NCBI GenBank assembly: GCA_009836005.1
Contig: VXWG01000010.1
Location: 69,675 to 133,674, forward strand
DNA: 64,000 bases
Source of the DNA: Candidatus Palauibacter irciniicola
Lineage (GTDB): Bacteria > Gemmatimonadota > Gemmatimonadetes > Palauibacterales > Palauibacteraceae
Direction: 5' to 3'
How positions within the stretch are numbered: the first letter of the stretch is position 1; each line of letters opens with the position of its first letter. The translations under genes were made by a program, and so were the position numbers. Below the pieces are notes generated by a model. It was not told where the DNA came from. It was given only the letters and a program-made list of their open reading frames with translations, and did not search any database. Of the stretch, positions 29,158 to 37,752 are shown one piece after another.

Positions 29158-29991
29158 TCACCTTACGTGGGAGACGGAGAGCCCGATCAGGCGTTCGGAC
29201 TGCCGGAAGAACTGCTCGGCGCGGGAAGGGCCGAAGCCGAGGAGCAACCCGACCCGCGTTCCTCGGGCCAGCCCGGCCCCGAGTTCCGCCGCGATGGCGG
29301 GCTCCCACCCCAGTTCCGCCCAGCCGAAGTAGTCGACCGAGGCGTGGAAACGCACGCGCGCTCCCGGCGGGGACTCCCAGGCGGCGCCCGCGCGCAGCGA
29401 AAGGGGCTCGAAGTCGGGGGTGGCGCGCAACAGCACGCCCGGACCTCCGTAGACGGTGAGCCCCGATGCCGGAGACCCCTGCAGCATGAGTTCCAGTCCC
29501 TCCCGGCTCGTGCTGATCGGACGGGCCCCCGTGTCCAGGAGGAATTCGTCTCCGAGATGCGAACTCAGGTGATAGAGTTCGGCACGAGCCGCAACCGCCC
29601 CGAAACGCGCGCGAAACAGGACTCCGATTCGGTAGTGCACTTCGATGAGGGCCTGATCCGGACCTTCGAGATCGAAGCGGGAAAACGCCCCTCCGTGAAT
29701 CGCTCCCGCGTATTCCACCTTCCCGCCCGGATCGCGCCGGATCCAGAACCCGAGCCGGTCGCCGATGTCGGCGAGGGCAATGCCGTCGCGGAGGGAGTCG
29801 CGCGTCGCCCTCAACAGCGCGAGACGATGTACGGGCTCGACGGGAGAGCCCGCGGGCGTGCGGAAGGGATGACCGTTCCGGTCGCGGATGCCGGTTGTGG
29901 CCGCGTCGCTTGCCTGCGCCACGAGGGGACCCGCCGCGGTGACGGGCACCGCCAGGAGGAGGCAGACCGCGAGGCCGCGCACGCGACGCAT
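29158..29991 (-). CDS. hypothetical exported protein (signal peptide; beta-rich, possibly outer membrane)
   Basis: The start is taken at MRRVRGLAVCLLLAVPVTAAGPLVAQA. Aromatic residues recur and the protein ends in aromatic-x-aromatic-like motifs. The family is not confidently recognised. Confidence 0.5.
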   Translation of the reverse strand: MRRVRGLAVCLLLAVPVTAAGPLVAQASDAATTGIRDRNGHPFRTPAGSPVEPVHRLALLRATRDSLRDGIALADIGDRLGFWIRRDPGGKVEYAGAIHGGAFSRFDLEGPDQALIEVHYRIGVLFRARFGAVAARAELYHLSSHLGDEFLLDTGARPISTSREGLELMLQGSPASGLTVYGGPGVLLRATPDFEPLSLRAGAAWESPPGARVRFHASVDYFGWAELGWEPAIAAELGAGLARGTRVGLLLGFGPSRAEQFFRQSERLIGLSVSHVR

Positions 29992-30035
29992 CCGGAGACG
30001 CACCGCCCGGACGCCGTCCACGCTGCGCTGGACCT

Positions 30036-30833
30036 TCAAGCGGCGCGCTGACACCTCGGACAGAGCACGGTCTTCCGGCCGGTCACGCGGACGGATGTCA
30101 ACGCATGTCGGCACCGCGGGCAGGGGCCGCCGGATGAGCGTGAGTTGATCAGCCACCCCGGATCGGAATGGGCGGCACTCCAGTGAAGCGTGGCCCGCCT
30201 CAGAACCCGCTTCAGGTAGCGGTGAAGCCGATCGAGCTGCTCCGGCTCCAGCTGACCCACGCGAAGGTCGGGACGTACGCCGGCCTGGAAGCAGATCTCG
30301 TCCGCATAGTCGTTGCCGATCCCGGCAATCGCTTTCTGGTTCAGAAGAAAGCCCTTGATGCTGGAACGCGCGTTCCCCTGCGCCAGCGCTTCGAAGCGCT
30401 CAAGAGTCAGGTCGTCGCTCAGCGGGTCCACCCCGAGGCTCTGGAGCGACCCTTTCTCGTTGAACTCGCTCCCCGGCACGGCCTGGACCGTGCCCTGGGA
30501 GCCCGACGACGAGAAACGCAGTTCCCTGCCGGCCGCGAACTGGAACCGGATGCGGGTCCGGTCCGTCGGAGGCGCGGTCTGCGATTCGAGCCGCAGGAGG
30601 CCGTCATCCCCCATGTCGAACATGAGGCTGTAATCGGAACGGAAGCGGAGGACGACGTAGCGACCGTGGCGTTCAACGGAATCCACGGCGTGGTTCTCAA
30701 GATGATTCTCGACGATATCGCGCTCAATTGAAGCGACGTCCGGGTCGTCGATCCGGATTATGGAGATCGTCTTACCGGTTGTGTAACCGGCAATGCGGTC
30801 GATCATCCGCTCAACATCGGGAAGCTCTATCAT
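30036..30833 (-). CDS. Fpg/Nei-family DNA glycosylase (H2TH plus C-terminal CxxC..CxxC zinc finger); the N-terminus is MIELPDVE, lacking the canonical Pro2
   Basis: The H2TH region GIGNDYADEICFQAGVRPD and the zinc finger CPRCRH...CPRCQ are present. The start is taken at the internal Met (ME/IELP-EVE-like); the upstream extension of the ORF is discounted. Confidence 0.7.
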   Translation of the reverse strand: MIELPDVERMIDRIAGYTTGKTISIIRIDDPDVASIERDIVENHLENHAVDSVERHGRYVVLRFRSDYSLMFDMGDDGLLRLESQTAPPTDRTRIRFQFAAGRELRFSSSGSQGTVQAVPGSEFNEKGSLQSLGVDPLSDDLTLERFEALAQGNARSSIKGFLLNQKAIAGIGNDYADEICFQAGVRPDLRVGQLEPEQLDRLHRYLKRVLRRATLHWSAAHSDPGWLINSRSSGGPCPRCRHALTSVRVTGRKTVLCPRCQRAA

Positions 30834-31037
30834 TGCATCACGGCTCCGGTGGGCAAGACTGGGTGCAGTTGAACATACCCCCGTACGAACAAAAGGTGCC
30901 CCGTGCTTCACGGGGGGTGGAGAAGCGGAACGCGAACCGAGTATCGCCACCGGGTCTCAACGCGGCGTCAAGGCAGCGACGAGACATCGGTCCCGCCGAG
31001 CGGCGGCAGCGACCATAACACTATGCTATATAATGGT

Positions 31038-31865
31038 TTACAGAAGCGGCCGCGTGACGTCCGGGGCGGCGTCGACGTGCCGAAACCAGGCCGCTATTCT
31101 CTCCTGAACGGACGCTGCGGCCCGCGCGGGATCCGGAGCGTTTCGGATAGGTCGTCCCATGACGATGTAGTCGGCCCCGGCCTCGAACGCGGACTCCACG
31201 TCGACCGTCCGTTTCTGGTCATCGGTCCCGGCTTCCCTCGCCGCACGGATACCGGGGACGACAATGCGAAACCGGCGGGACACCGCGGCGCGAACTCGAG
31301 CGGCCTCGTGGCCGGAACTGATGACGCCGGCGCAGCCGATGCCCTCCGCCCTGCGGGCTCGCGAGAGGACGACGTCCCCGATGTCCGCTTCAAAGCCGAG
31401 GTCTTCCATGTCCGCTCGGTCGAGACTGGTGAGAACGGTCACGGCCAGGATCCCGAGATCGCCCGCGGCAGCGTCGCAGGCGGCACGGAGGATCGCATCG
31501 TTGCCGTGCACCGTGACGAAGTCCACGTCCCGGGTCCGCAGTTGTCGGACCGCGGAGCTGACCGTCTGTGGAACGTCGAAGAGCTTGAGGTCGGCGAATA
31601 CCTTCTTGTCCCTGGAGCGAAGCCAGTCGGCCAGCTCGAAGTATCCCCCGGAAAGGAAGAGTTCCAGGCCGATCTTGTAGAAGGAAACGGTATCGGCCAG
31701 CGCGTCGACGGTCTTCCGCGCTTCCGAGGCGGTTGGAACGTCCAGCGCGAGGATCAGCCGGTCGGTCGCGGGGATCGTTGCGGAGATCGTCGCCTCCCGA
31801 AGTTGTTGCCGTTGCGAGCCCGGCGGTCGGAGTTCCGCTCGGTCGTTGTGGCTCCCGGTGAACAT
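31038..31865 (-). CDS. pyrF: orotidine-5'-phosphate decarboxylase
   Basis: The region DRLILALDVPTASEARKTVDALADTVSFYKIGLELF includes the catalytic Lys. The start is uncertain (31865 or nearby). Confidence 0.8.
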   Translation of the reverse strand: MFTGSHNDRAELRPPGSQRQQLREATISATIPATDRLILALDVPTASEARKTVDALADTVSFYKIGLELFLSGGYFELADWLRSRDKKVFADLKLFDVPQTVSSAVRQLRTRDVDFVTVHGNDAILRAACDAAAGDLGILAVTVLTSLDRADMEDLGFEADIGDVVLSRARRAEGIGCAGVISSGHEAARVRAAVSRRFRIVVPGIRAAREAGTDDQKRTVDVESAFEAGADYIVMGRPIRNAPDPARAAASVQERIAAWFRHVDAAPDVTRPLL

Positions 31866-31947
31866 GAGCCGACGCGTGGCGAGTGGACGACGAAGCTCTT
31901 TGCGGGCGCGCGTGCCCGCAAGAGACCGACCGTCGATGTCGAGCCAT

Positions 31948-31963
31948 CGTTTCACGTGAAACG
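31948..31963. promoter_or_regulatory. parS centromere-like site (CGTTTCACGTGAAACG, perfect palindrome)
   Basis: It matches the tGTTTCACGTGAAACa consensus in the central 14 positions. It lies upstream of parA. Confidence 0.8.
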
Positions 31964-32017
31964 TCAGGTTTCGTTCGGCCGCGCGCGGAAGTGGCTTTCG
32001 TCACCACCGTCATCACA

Positions 32018-32033
32018 TGTTTCACGTGAAACA
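32018..32033. promoter_or_regulatory. parS centromere-like site (TGTTTCACGTGAAACA, exact 16-mer consensus)
   Basis: It matches the canonical parS sequence exactly. It lies 70 nt from the first site and about 145 nt upstream of parA. Confidence 0.9.
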
Positions 32034-32176
32034 CGGGGTCCCGCGGGATCTGATCCGGCAGTCCGTAGCCGAACCCTGCTTCGGCCGCGAAGCGGACTCC
32101 ACACCCGGTCGCCCGGGTCACGAGAGCGCCATATATTTTCGGATTCACTGGAAGTGTTGTCGGTTCATGCCGCCGG

Positions 32177-32980
32177 GTGCGGCGATCAGCGAGGGGTGGA
32201 CTGATTTTGGGTCGGGTGATCGCGATTGCGAATCAGAAGGGTGGGGTCGGCAAGACCACGACGGCGATCAACCTCGGCGCCTCGCTGGCGATCGCGGAGC
32301 GCAACACGCTCGTGATCGATTGCGACCCGCAGGGGAACGCGACCTCCGGGTTCGGGCTGCGCAAGGACGGCGACGTCCCCAGCGTGTACGACTGCCTTGT
32401 AAACGGACAGCCGCTTCAGGCGGCGGTGCGGCCGGAAGTCCACTTCCCGTGCCTGTCCGTGGTGTCCGCGAGTCGGGACCTGACCGGCGCCGAAGTGGAA
32501 CTGATCGATCGATCGGACCGCCAGCGAATCCTCGGCCGGAAGATCGAGGCTCTGCGGGGCGACTTCGAGTATATCCTGATCGATTCACCGCCGTCCCTCG
32601 GGCTCCTCACGCTGAACGCACTGGCGGCCGCCGACGCCGTGCTCATCCCGATTCAGTGTGAGTTCTATGCGTTGGAGGGGCTCAGCCAGCTCCTGAACAC
32701 CGTGCGGCTGGTGCAACGCAGCATCAACCCGGAACTCGAAATCGAGGGAGTGCTGCTGACGATGTACGATTCGCGCCTCAACCTGGCCAAACAGGTAGCC
32801 GCCGAGGCGCGCGAGTACTTCGGGGGCAAGGTCTTCGACACGATGATCCCCCGGAACATTCGGCTCGCCGAAGCCCCGAGTTTTGGAGAGCCGATCGCTC
32901 TGTACGATGTCCTGTCGAGCGGGGCCCGCGGATACCTGAGCCTGGCCCGGGAGCTGATCGATCGGCACAGGGGTTCATAG
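32177..32980 (+). CDS. parA: chromosome partitioning ATPase ParA (Soj)
   Basis: Deviant Walker A KGGVGKTT (IAIANQKGGVGKTTTAINLG). Its 3' end abuts the parB ATG. Confidence 0.95.
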   Translation: MRRSARGGLILGRVIAIANQKGGVGKTTTAINLGASLAIAERNTLVIDCDPQGNATSGFGLRKDGDVPSVYDCLVNGQPLQAAVRPEVHFPCLSVVSASRDLTGAEVELIDRSDRQRILGRKIEALRGDFEYILIDSPPSLGLLTLNALAAADAVLIPIQCEFYALEGLSQLLNTVRLVQRSINPELEIEGVLLTMYDSRLNLAKQVAAEAREYFGGKVFDTMIPRNIRLAEAPSFGEPIALYDVLSSGARGYLSLARELIDRHRGS

Positions 32981-33868
32981 TTGCCCAGGAACGAGCGCCG
33001 TCTCGGGAAGGGGCTTGCGGCCCTGTTGGGCGAAAACCTCGGGACGGATCGCGTCGCGGCGGAAGCGGAGATTCCGGTCGAAGCCATCCAGGCGAATCCG
33101 TTCCAGCCCCGCGGCGACTTCGACCCGGCCCGCCTCGCGGAACTCGCGGACTCCATCCGCGAGAACGGCCTGCTGCAGCCGGTCGTCGTCAGGCCCGTGG
33201 GAGACGCGTTCGAGATCGTCGTGGGCGAGCGGCGATTCCGGGCGGTTCAGAGTCTCGGCTGGACATCGGTTCCGGCTCTGGTGCGGCCGCTGGACGACCA
33301 GCAGATGCTTGTCGTCGCGCTCGTCGAAAACTTGCAACGTCATGACCTGTCAGCACTTGAAGAAGCCCGAGGATATCGTCGCCTGATGCGGGATTTCGGT
33401 CTGACGCAGGAAGAGGTAGGACGGCACGTGGGGAGGGACAGATCGACCGTGGCGAACGCTCTTCGACTGCTCGCCCTGCCGGAGGCGGTGCTGGGCCTGC
33501 TCGCCAGGGGGAAGCTGTCCGCAGGTCACGGCCGCGCCCTCCTGATGTTGTCCACCCCCGACGAGCAAACCCGTGTCGGGCTGGAGGCGGCGAAGCGGGG
33601 GTGGTCCGTGAGGGAGACGGAACGTCGTGTCCGCCCCGCACAGCGCGGGCGACGGAAGACCCGTGGAAAAGAGCGGACGAGGGCGGGCGATCCCGTGGTG
33701 AGGCGCGTCGAACTGGGGCTTGAGCGAGGGTTCGGGACCCAGGTGCGGATCCGGACGCGATCGGACGGAGCGGGCGAGGTCGTCGTGCGTTTCCACGATA
33801 CCGATGATTTTCTGCGGCTCGTTGCCCTGATGGGAGGGGACGAACTCGCTGCGGAGCTTCGCGAATGA
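32981..33868 (+). CDS. parB: chromosome partitioning protein ParB (Spo0J)
   Basis: The ParB box GERRFRA is present together with RGLGKGLAALLG-like N-terminal and HTH regions (LTQEEVGRHVGRDRSTVANALRLL). Confidence 0.95.
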   Translation: MPRNERRLGKGLAALLGENLGTDRVAAEAEIPVEAIQANPFQPRGDFDPARLAELADSIRENGLLQPVVVRPVGDAFEIVVGERRFRAVQSLGWTSVPALVRPLDDQQMLVVALVENLQRHDLSALEEARGYRRLMRDFGLTQEEVGRHVGRDRSTVANALRLLALPEAVLGLLARGKLSAGHGRALLMLSTPDEQTRVGLEAAKRGWSVRETERRVRPAQRGRRKTRGKERTRAGDPVVRRVELGLERGFGTQVRIRTRSDGAGEVVVRFHDTDDFLRLVALMGGDELAAELRE

Positions 33869-34677
33869 CCTTCCTCCGGCGATGGACCCTGCAGTTGGTC
33901 CGACGGGATGGCCGGGAGGTACGATCCCTGCCCCTCGGCGGTGCCCGGCCGCTCGTCTCGGTGGCGGGTACGATCATCGCCTTGTTGGGCCTGGGGTTTC
34001 TGGGGGGTCTCCTGACGGCCTGGCGGACGGAGTCCGGTCGAGTCCTCGAACTGGAGGCGGAAGTCGCCGCGCACGAGAGGGAGCTCGAGCGGATGAACCG
34101 GTTGGCGAGTCGTTTGAACGAACTCGAGGAAGAGTTCGGTTTCCTCCAGGCTGCCGTAACCGCCGGAAGGCCTGCCGAATCGCCGCCGGTAAACGTCGTC
34201 CTCAGGGAAGGCATGGAGGTCAGGTCGCCGGGCCCGGCAGAGGCGACGACCCTCGCCTGGCCTCTCACGCAGCGCGGCTTCATCACCCGTCACTTCGGCT
34301 CACGGCCGGCCGATTCGCGCGAAGGACATCCGGGATTGGACATTGCGGTTCCGACGGGGTCGTACGTGCGAGCGATTCAGGCGGGGAGGGTCGAGGAGGC
34401 GGGCGAAGACCCGATCTACGGAAAATTTCTGCGGATTGCGCACCCCGATGGGCTAACGTCATTGTATGGCCACAACGCGTGGCTATTCGCTGAGGCCGGC
34501 GACGAAGTGGAGCGACTCGAGGTCATCGCCCTCACGGGAAACACGGGAAGATCCTCGGCTCCCCATCTGCACCTGGAACTCGCCCGGAACGGCGCACTAT
34601 TGGACCCACTCTCGCTGGTGGCGGACCACGGCGGTCGGGACAACGCGGGAGCCCCGGCGGAGAGGCAACCGGAGTAA
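33865..34677 (+). CDS. M23-family metallopeptidase (LytM-like) with an N-terminal transmembrane segment and a coiled coil
   Basis: The M23 motifs HPGLDIAVPTGSYVRA...GNTGRSSAPHLHLEL are present. The start overlaps the parB stop (ATGA). Confidence 0.85.
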   Translation: MTFLRRWTLQLVRRDGREVRSLPLGGARPLVSVAGTIIALLGLGFLGGLLTAWRTESGRVLELEAEVAAHERELERMNRLASRLNELEEEFGFLQAAVTAGRPAESPPVNVVLREGMEVRSPGPAEATTLAWPLTQRGFITRHFGSRPADSREGHPGLDIAVPTGSYVRAIQAGRVEEAGEDPIYGKFLRIAHPDGLTSLYGHNAWLFAEAGDEVERLEVIALTGNTGRSSAPHLHLELARNGALLDPLSLVADHGGRDNAGAPAERQPE

Positions 34678-34690
34678 GGATTGGAGCGAA

Positions 34691-35143
34691 ATGGCTAGAG
34701 ATTCTCGACATGGCGGGCACACCCGTGAACTGAGCGACGTCGTTTCGGTCGTCGCGCCCGGGATGACGATCCTCGGGGACGTAATGTGCGATGGCACGGT
34801 CCGGGTCGAAGGCAAGATCGAAGGCTCGGTCAAGGCGACGAAATCCGTGGTCGTCGGCAAGGACGGACGTATTACCGGGGACATCGACACGCAGGATGTC
34901 GTGATCGCCGGCACCGTGACCGGGACCGTCGTGGGAGCCAGTCGCGTGGAACTGCAGGAAACCTGCAAGATCGAGGGCGACATTCGGAGTCGCCGAGTGA
35001 AGCTCGAGGAAGGCGGCCAGATCGAGGGCCGTCTCCACATGACGGCAAAAGCAGCGGACCAGAAGCCCGCCGCTCCTCCGCGCAAGAGCGCTTCACCCTC
35101 GATCCAGCCTCAGAAGCCTCAGCGCGCGGCCGGGCCCAGCTGA
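34691..35143 (+). CDS. bactofilin (DUF583) cytoskeletal protein
   Basis: Beta-helical repeat pattern (ILGDVMCDGTVRVEGKIEGSVKATKSVVVGKDGRITGDIDTQDVVIAGTVTGTVVGASRVELQETCKIEGDI). A GGAG RBS lies upstream of the ATG at 34691. The ORF track's N-terminal extension is Arg/Trp-rich and spurious. Confidence 0.8.
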   Translation: MARDSRHGGHTRELSDVVSVVAPGMTILGDVMCDGTVRVEGKIEGSVKATKSVVVGKDGRITGDIDTQDVVIAGTVTGTVVGASRVELQETCKIEGDIRSRRVKLEEGGQIEGRLHMTAKAADQKPAAPPRKSASPSIQPQKPQRAAGPS

Positions 35144-35233
35144 AGCGAGGCTTCCGCCCGCCCGGCCTCCCGACCGCGGAGGTCGCGCCGTGCCGCGCCG
35201 TGCGATCCGCTTGACGGAATGCCGTAACCGCGG

Positions 35234-36220
35234 ATGAGGGACACCCTCCTCTTCGCGTTCGCGTTCCTGCCCCTGACGCTCGGTGCGGACTGGCTCGTTC
35301 GCGGCGCCGCCGGCCTCGCGCAGCGATTCGGTGTCAGTCCGCTCGTCGTCGGCCTGACCGTGGTCGCCTTCGGCACCTCGGCCCCGGAGCTGGTCGTCAG
35401 CGCACTTGCGTCGCTTGAGGGCCAACCGGACGTCGCCGTCGGCAACATCATGGGATCCACGGCCGCGAACGTGGGCTTGATCGTGGGCGTCGGCGCCCTG
35501 ATTCGACCGATCGAGGTCCACCGGCGGGTCATCGTGCGCGAGACGCCGCTCGTCATCATCGTTCTCTCGCTCGTGATGGTGCTGTCGCTCAACGATGCCG
35601 TCGGACGCCTCGACGGGCTCGTGCTCGTATCCGGCTGGGCACTCTACCTGTTCTTTCTCCTGAAGTGGGAGCGAGTGGGCCTGTTCGGGAAGTCGGATGG
35701 CGCGTCCGATTCGGACGCGCCTCTGCCGGGGGCCGGAACCGATCCGCAACAGACCGATATCGCGGCGCCCGGAGTCTGGTGGTCGCTCGTACGGATCGGC
35801 CTCGGCCTGCCCTGCCTTACGTACGGGGCGCGTTGGCTGCTGGAGGGCGCCGAGGGGATCGCAAGGTCGCTGGCCGTGCCGGAGGCGGTGATCGCCGCCA
35901 CGATGATCGCGGTCGGCACCTCGCTGCCGGAGTTGGCTTCTACGCTCGTGGCCGCCTTCCGGCGAATGGGAGACATCGCGATCGGGAACGTGATCGGCTC
36001 GAACGTGTTCAACCTCGGCCTCGTACTCGGGACCGCCGCGCTCGTTCGCCCCCTCGTTCTCCATCCGACCATCGTTGTCGGCTACGTGCTTCCGGCCCTG
36101 GCCTTCTCCGTCATCCTCATCCCCCTCGCCCTGCACCGCGGCACGGTCCAAAGGGCGGAGGGCGGGCTCCTCCTGCTCCTCTATCTCGCCTACATCGTGA
36201 TGGTCTGGCTGTTCAACTGA
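35234..36220 (+). CDS. Ca2+/cation antiporter (CaCA family, YrbG-like)
   Basis: Two alpha-repeat motifs, GTSAPEL and GTSLPEL, in a 10-transmembrane-like hydrophobic protein. Confidence 0.85.
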   Translation: MRDTLLFAFAFLPLTLGADWLVRGAAGLAQRFGVSPLVVGLTVVAFGTSAPELVVSALASLEGQPDVAVGNIMGSTAANVGLIVGVGALIRPIEVHRRVIVRETPLVIIVLSLVMVLSLNDAVGRLDGLVLVSGWALYLFFLLKWERVGLFGKSDGASDSDAPLPGAGTDPQQTDIAAPGVWWSLVRIGLGLPCLTYGARWLLEGAEGIARSLAVPEAVIAATMIAVGTSLPELASTLVAAFRRMGDIAIGNVIGSNVFNLGLVLGTAALVRPLVLHPTIVVGYVLPALAFSVILIPLALHRGTVQRAEGGLLLLLYLAYIVMVWLFN

Positions 36221-36304
36221 CCTGACCCGATCCTGACATTCCCCCCACCTTCCCCCCGGGTCCGCCGCTTGCAAAGCGATAAAGTAAAGCGTTAGGGTTG
36301 GCGT

Positions 36305-36526
36305 ATGGTCGTTTCCGTAAAGATGAGCAGCAAGAACCAGATCGTGGTTCCAAAAGCCGCGCGGGAGGCACTTGGCCTCAGGCCCGGCGACCGGCTCGCG
36401 GTGTCGGTGGACGGTGAAACGGTACGGATGGAAAAGCTGCCGCCGGACCAGGAAGATCGTCTACGGGGCGTGCTGCGGGATGTCGCCGATGCCGGGGATC
36501 TCTGGATCGAACTCGAGGACGCCTGA
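36305..36526 (+). CDS. AbrB/MazE/SpoVT-family type II antitoxin
   Basis: 73 aa. SSKNQIVVPKAAREALGLRPGDRLAV is a swapped-hairpin AbrB-like DNA-binding domain. Its TGA abuts the GTG of the downstream gene. Confidence 0.7.
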   Translation: MVVSVKMSSKNQIVVPKAAREALGLRPGDRLAVSVDGETVRMEKLPPDQEDRLRGVLRDVADAGDLWIELEDA

Positions 36527-36994
36527 GTGGCGGACGACGCGAGCCGGGCAAGTCTCGCGGAGCATCTGGCCGGGGCCGGTCTCGTCCACGTCGACGCTCG
36601 CGTATTCGCGCTTCACCTGACCGACACGGGCCCGACGAGACAAACGGAACTCGCCTTCTCGGGCATCGCGAGCGGCAGCATCAAGGCCCAGACGTCGAGC
36701 CTGACTCTCTACCAGGTCCTCGTGGAAGTGTACCGGCAGGGAAAACCGACATTGGCTCGCGATGTGGCGCGGCACATGCGGCTCTACCCTCGATTGGGCA
36801 TCGTGGCCGCCAGCTCCGAAATCGCCATTCAGGCCGCCGAAGTACGAGCCCGGCTCGGAGGTCGGCCGGAACGGGCCCTGCAGATCGCGACGGCGCTGGT
36901 TTCGGGCGCCGAGGTGTACCTCACCTCCGGCTCGGGACTCCGCCGGATTGCCGGGATGCGCGTGTTGAACGTCGAAGACTTGAGCGAGGAGTAA
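36527..36994 (+). CDS. putative PIN-like (VapC-family) toxin partner
   Basis: 155 aa. It is genetically coupled to the antitoxin (TGAGTG) and has an N-terminal acidic motif VHVDARVF, but the remaining PIN acidic residues are not all identifiable. Confidence 0.45.
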   Translation: MADDASRASLAEHLAGAGLVHVDARVFALHLTDTGPTRQTELAFSGIASGSIKAQTSSLTLYQVLVEVYRQGKPTLARDVARHMRLYPRLGIVAASSEIAIQAAEVRARLGGRPERALQIATALVSGAEVYLTSGSGLRRIAGMRVLNVEDLSEE

Positions 36995-37007
36995 GCGACA
37001 CGGTCCG

Positions 37008-37748
37008 CTACCGTCTCCGGACGAGCCTCACGAGCGCCTTCAGCGGGTCGTAGAAGCGGTCCACGACCCGCTCCTTTAGTGGAATGATCGCGTTGTCCGT
37101 GATGGAGATGCTCTCGGGGCATACCTCCGTGCAGCACTTCGTGATGTTGCAGAACCCGATGCCCCCCGACTCCTTGAGAAACGCGCTCCGGTCCTCCACG
37201 TCGATCGGGTTCAGGCTGTATCCGGCCGTTCTCACGAGGTACGTGGGGCCGATGAACTCCGCGTGCTTTCCGTGTGACCGGAGGACGTGGCACACATCCT
37301 GACAGAGGAAGCACTCGATGCACTTCCGCATTTCCTGTGCCCTCTCGATCTCGAACTGCTTCATTCGCCAGCCGTCCTCCGCATCGCGGGGACGCGGTCT
37401 GAAACGCGGGATGGATGCGTTGTTCCGGTAGGCCTGAGACACGTCGGCGACGAGGTCCTTGATGACGGGAAACGCCTTCATCGGCGTGACCGTGATCGAC
37501 TCGCCCTCCTCGTAGTCGGAGAGGCGGGTCATGCACGTCAAGCGAGGCCGCCCGTTGACCTCGCAGCTGCAGGATCCACACTTGCCGGCCTTGCAGTTCC
37601 AGCGCACCGCGAGATCCGGCGCGTGTTCCGCCTGGATCCGGTGAATGGCGTCCAGCACGACCATGCCCTGATCGATCTCGATCGTGTAGGATTCGAGTTG
37701 CCCGTCGTCGCCGGACCCGCGGTAGACCTGGAAAGTTCGTTCCGCCAC
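37008..37748 (-). CDS. sdhB: succinate dehydrogenase / fumarate reductase iron-sulfur subunit
   Basis: Three Cys clusters are present: CKAGKCGSCSCEVNG (2Fe-2S), CIECFLCQDVC and CNITKCCTEVCP. Confidence 0.9.
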   Translation of the reverse strand: MAERTFQVYRGSGDDGQLESYTIEIDQGMVVLDAIHRIQAEHAPDLAVRWNCKAGKCGSCSCEVNGRPRLTCMTRLSDYEEGESITVTPMKAFPVIKDLVADVSQAYRNNASIPRFRPRPRDAEDGWRMKQFEIERAQEMRKCIECFLCQDVCHVLRSHGKHAEFIGPTYLVRTAGYSLNPIDVEDRSAFLKESGGIGFCNITKCCTEVCPESISITDNAIIPLKERVVDRFYDPLKALVRLVRRR

Positions 37749-37752
37749 CTCG

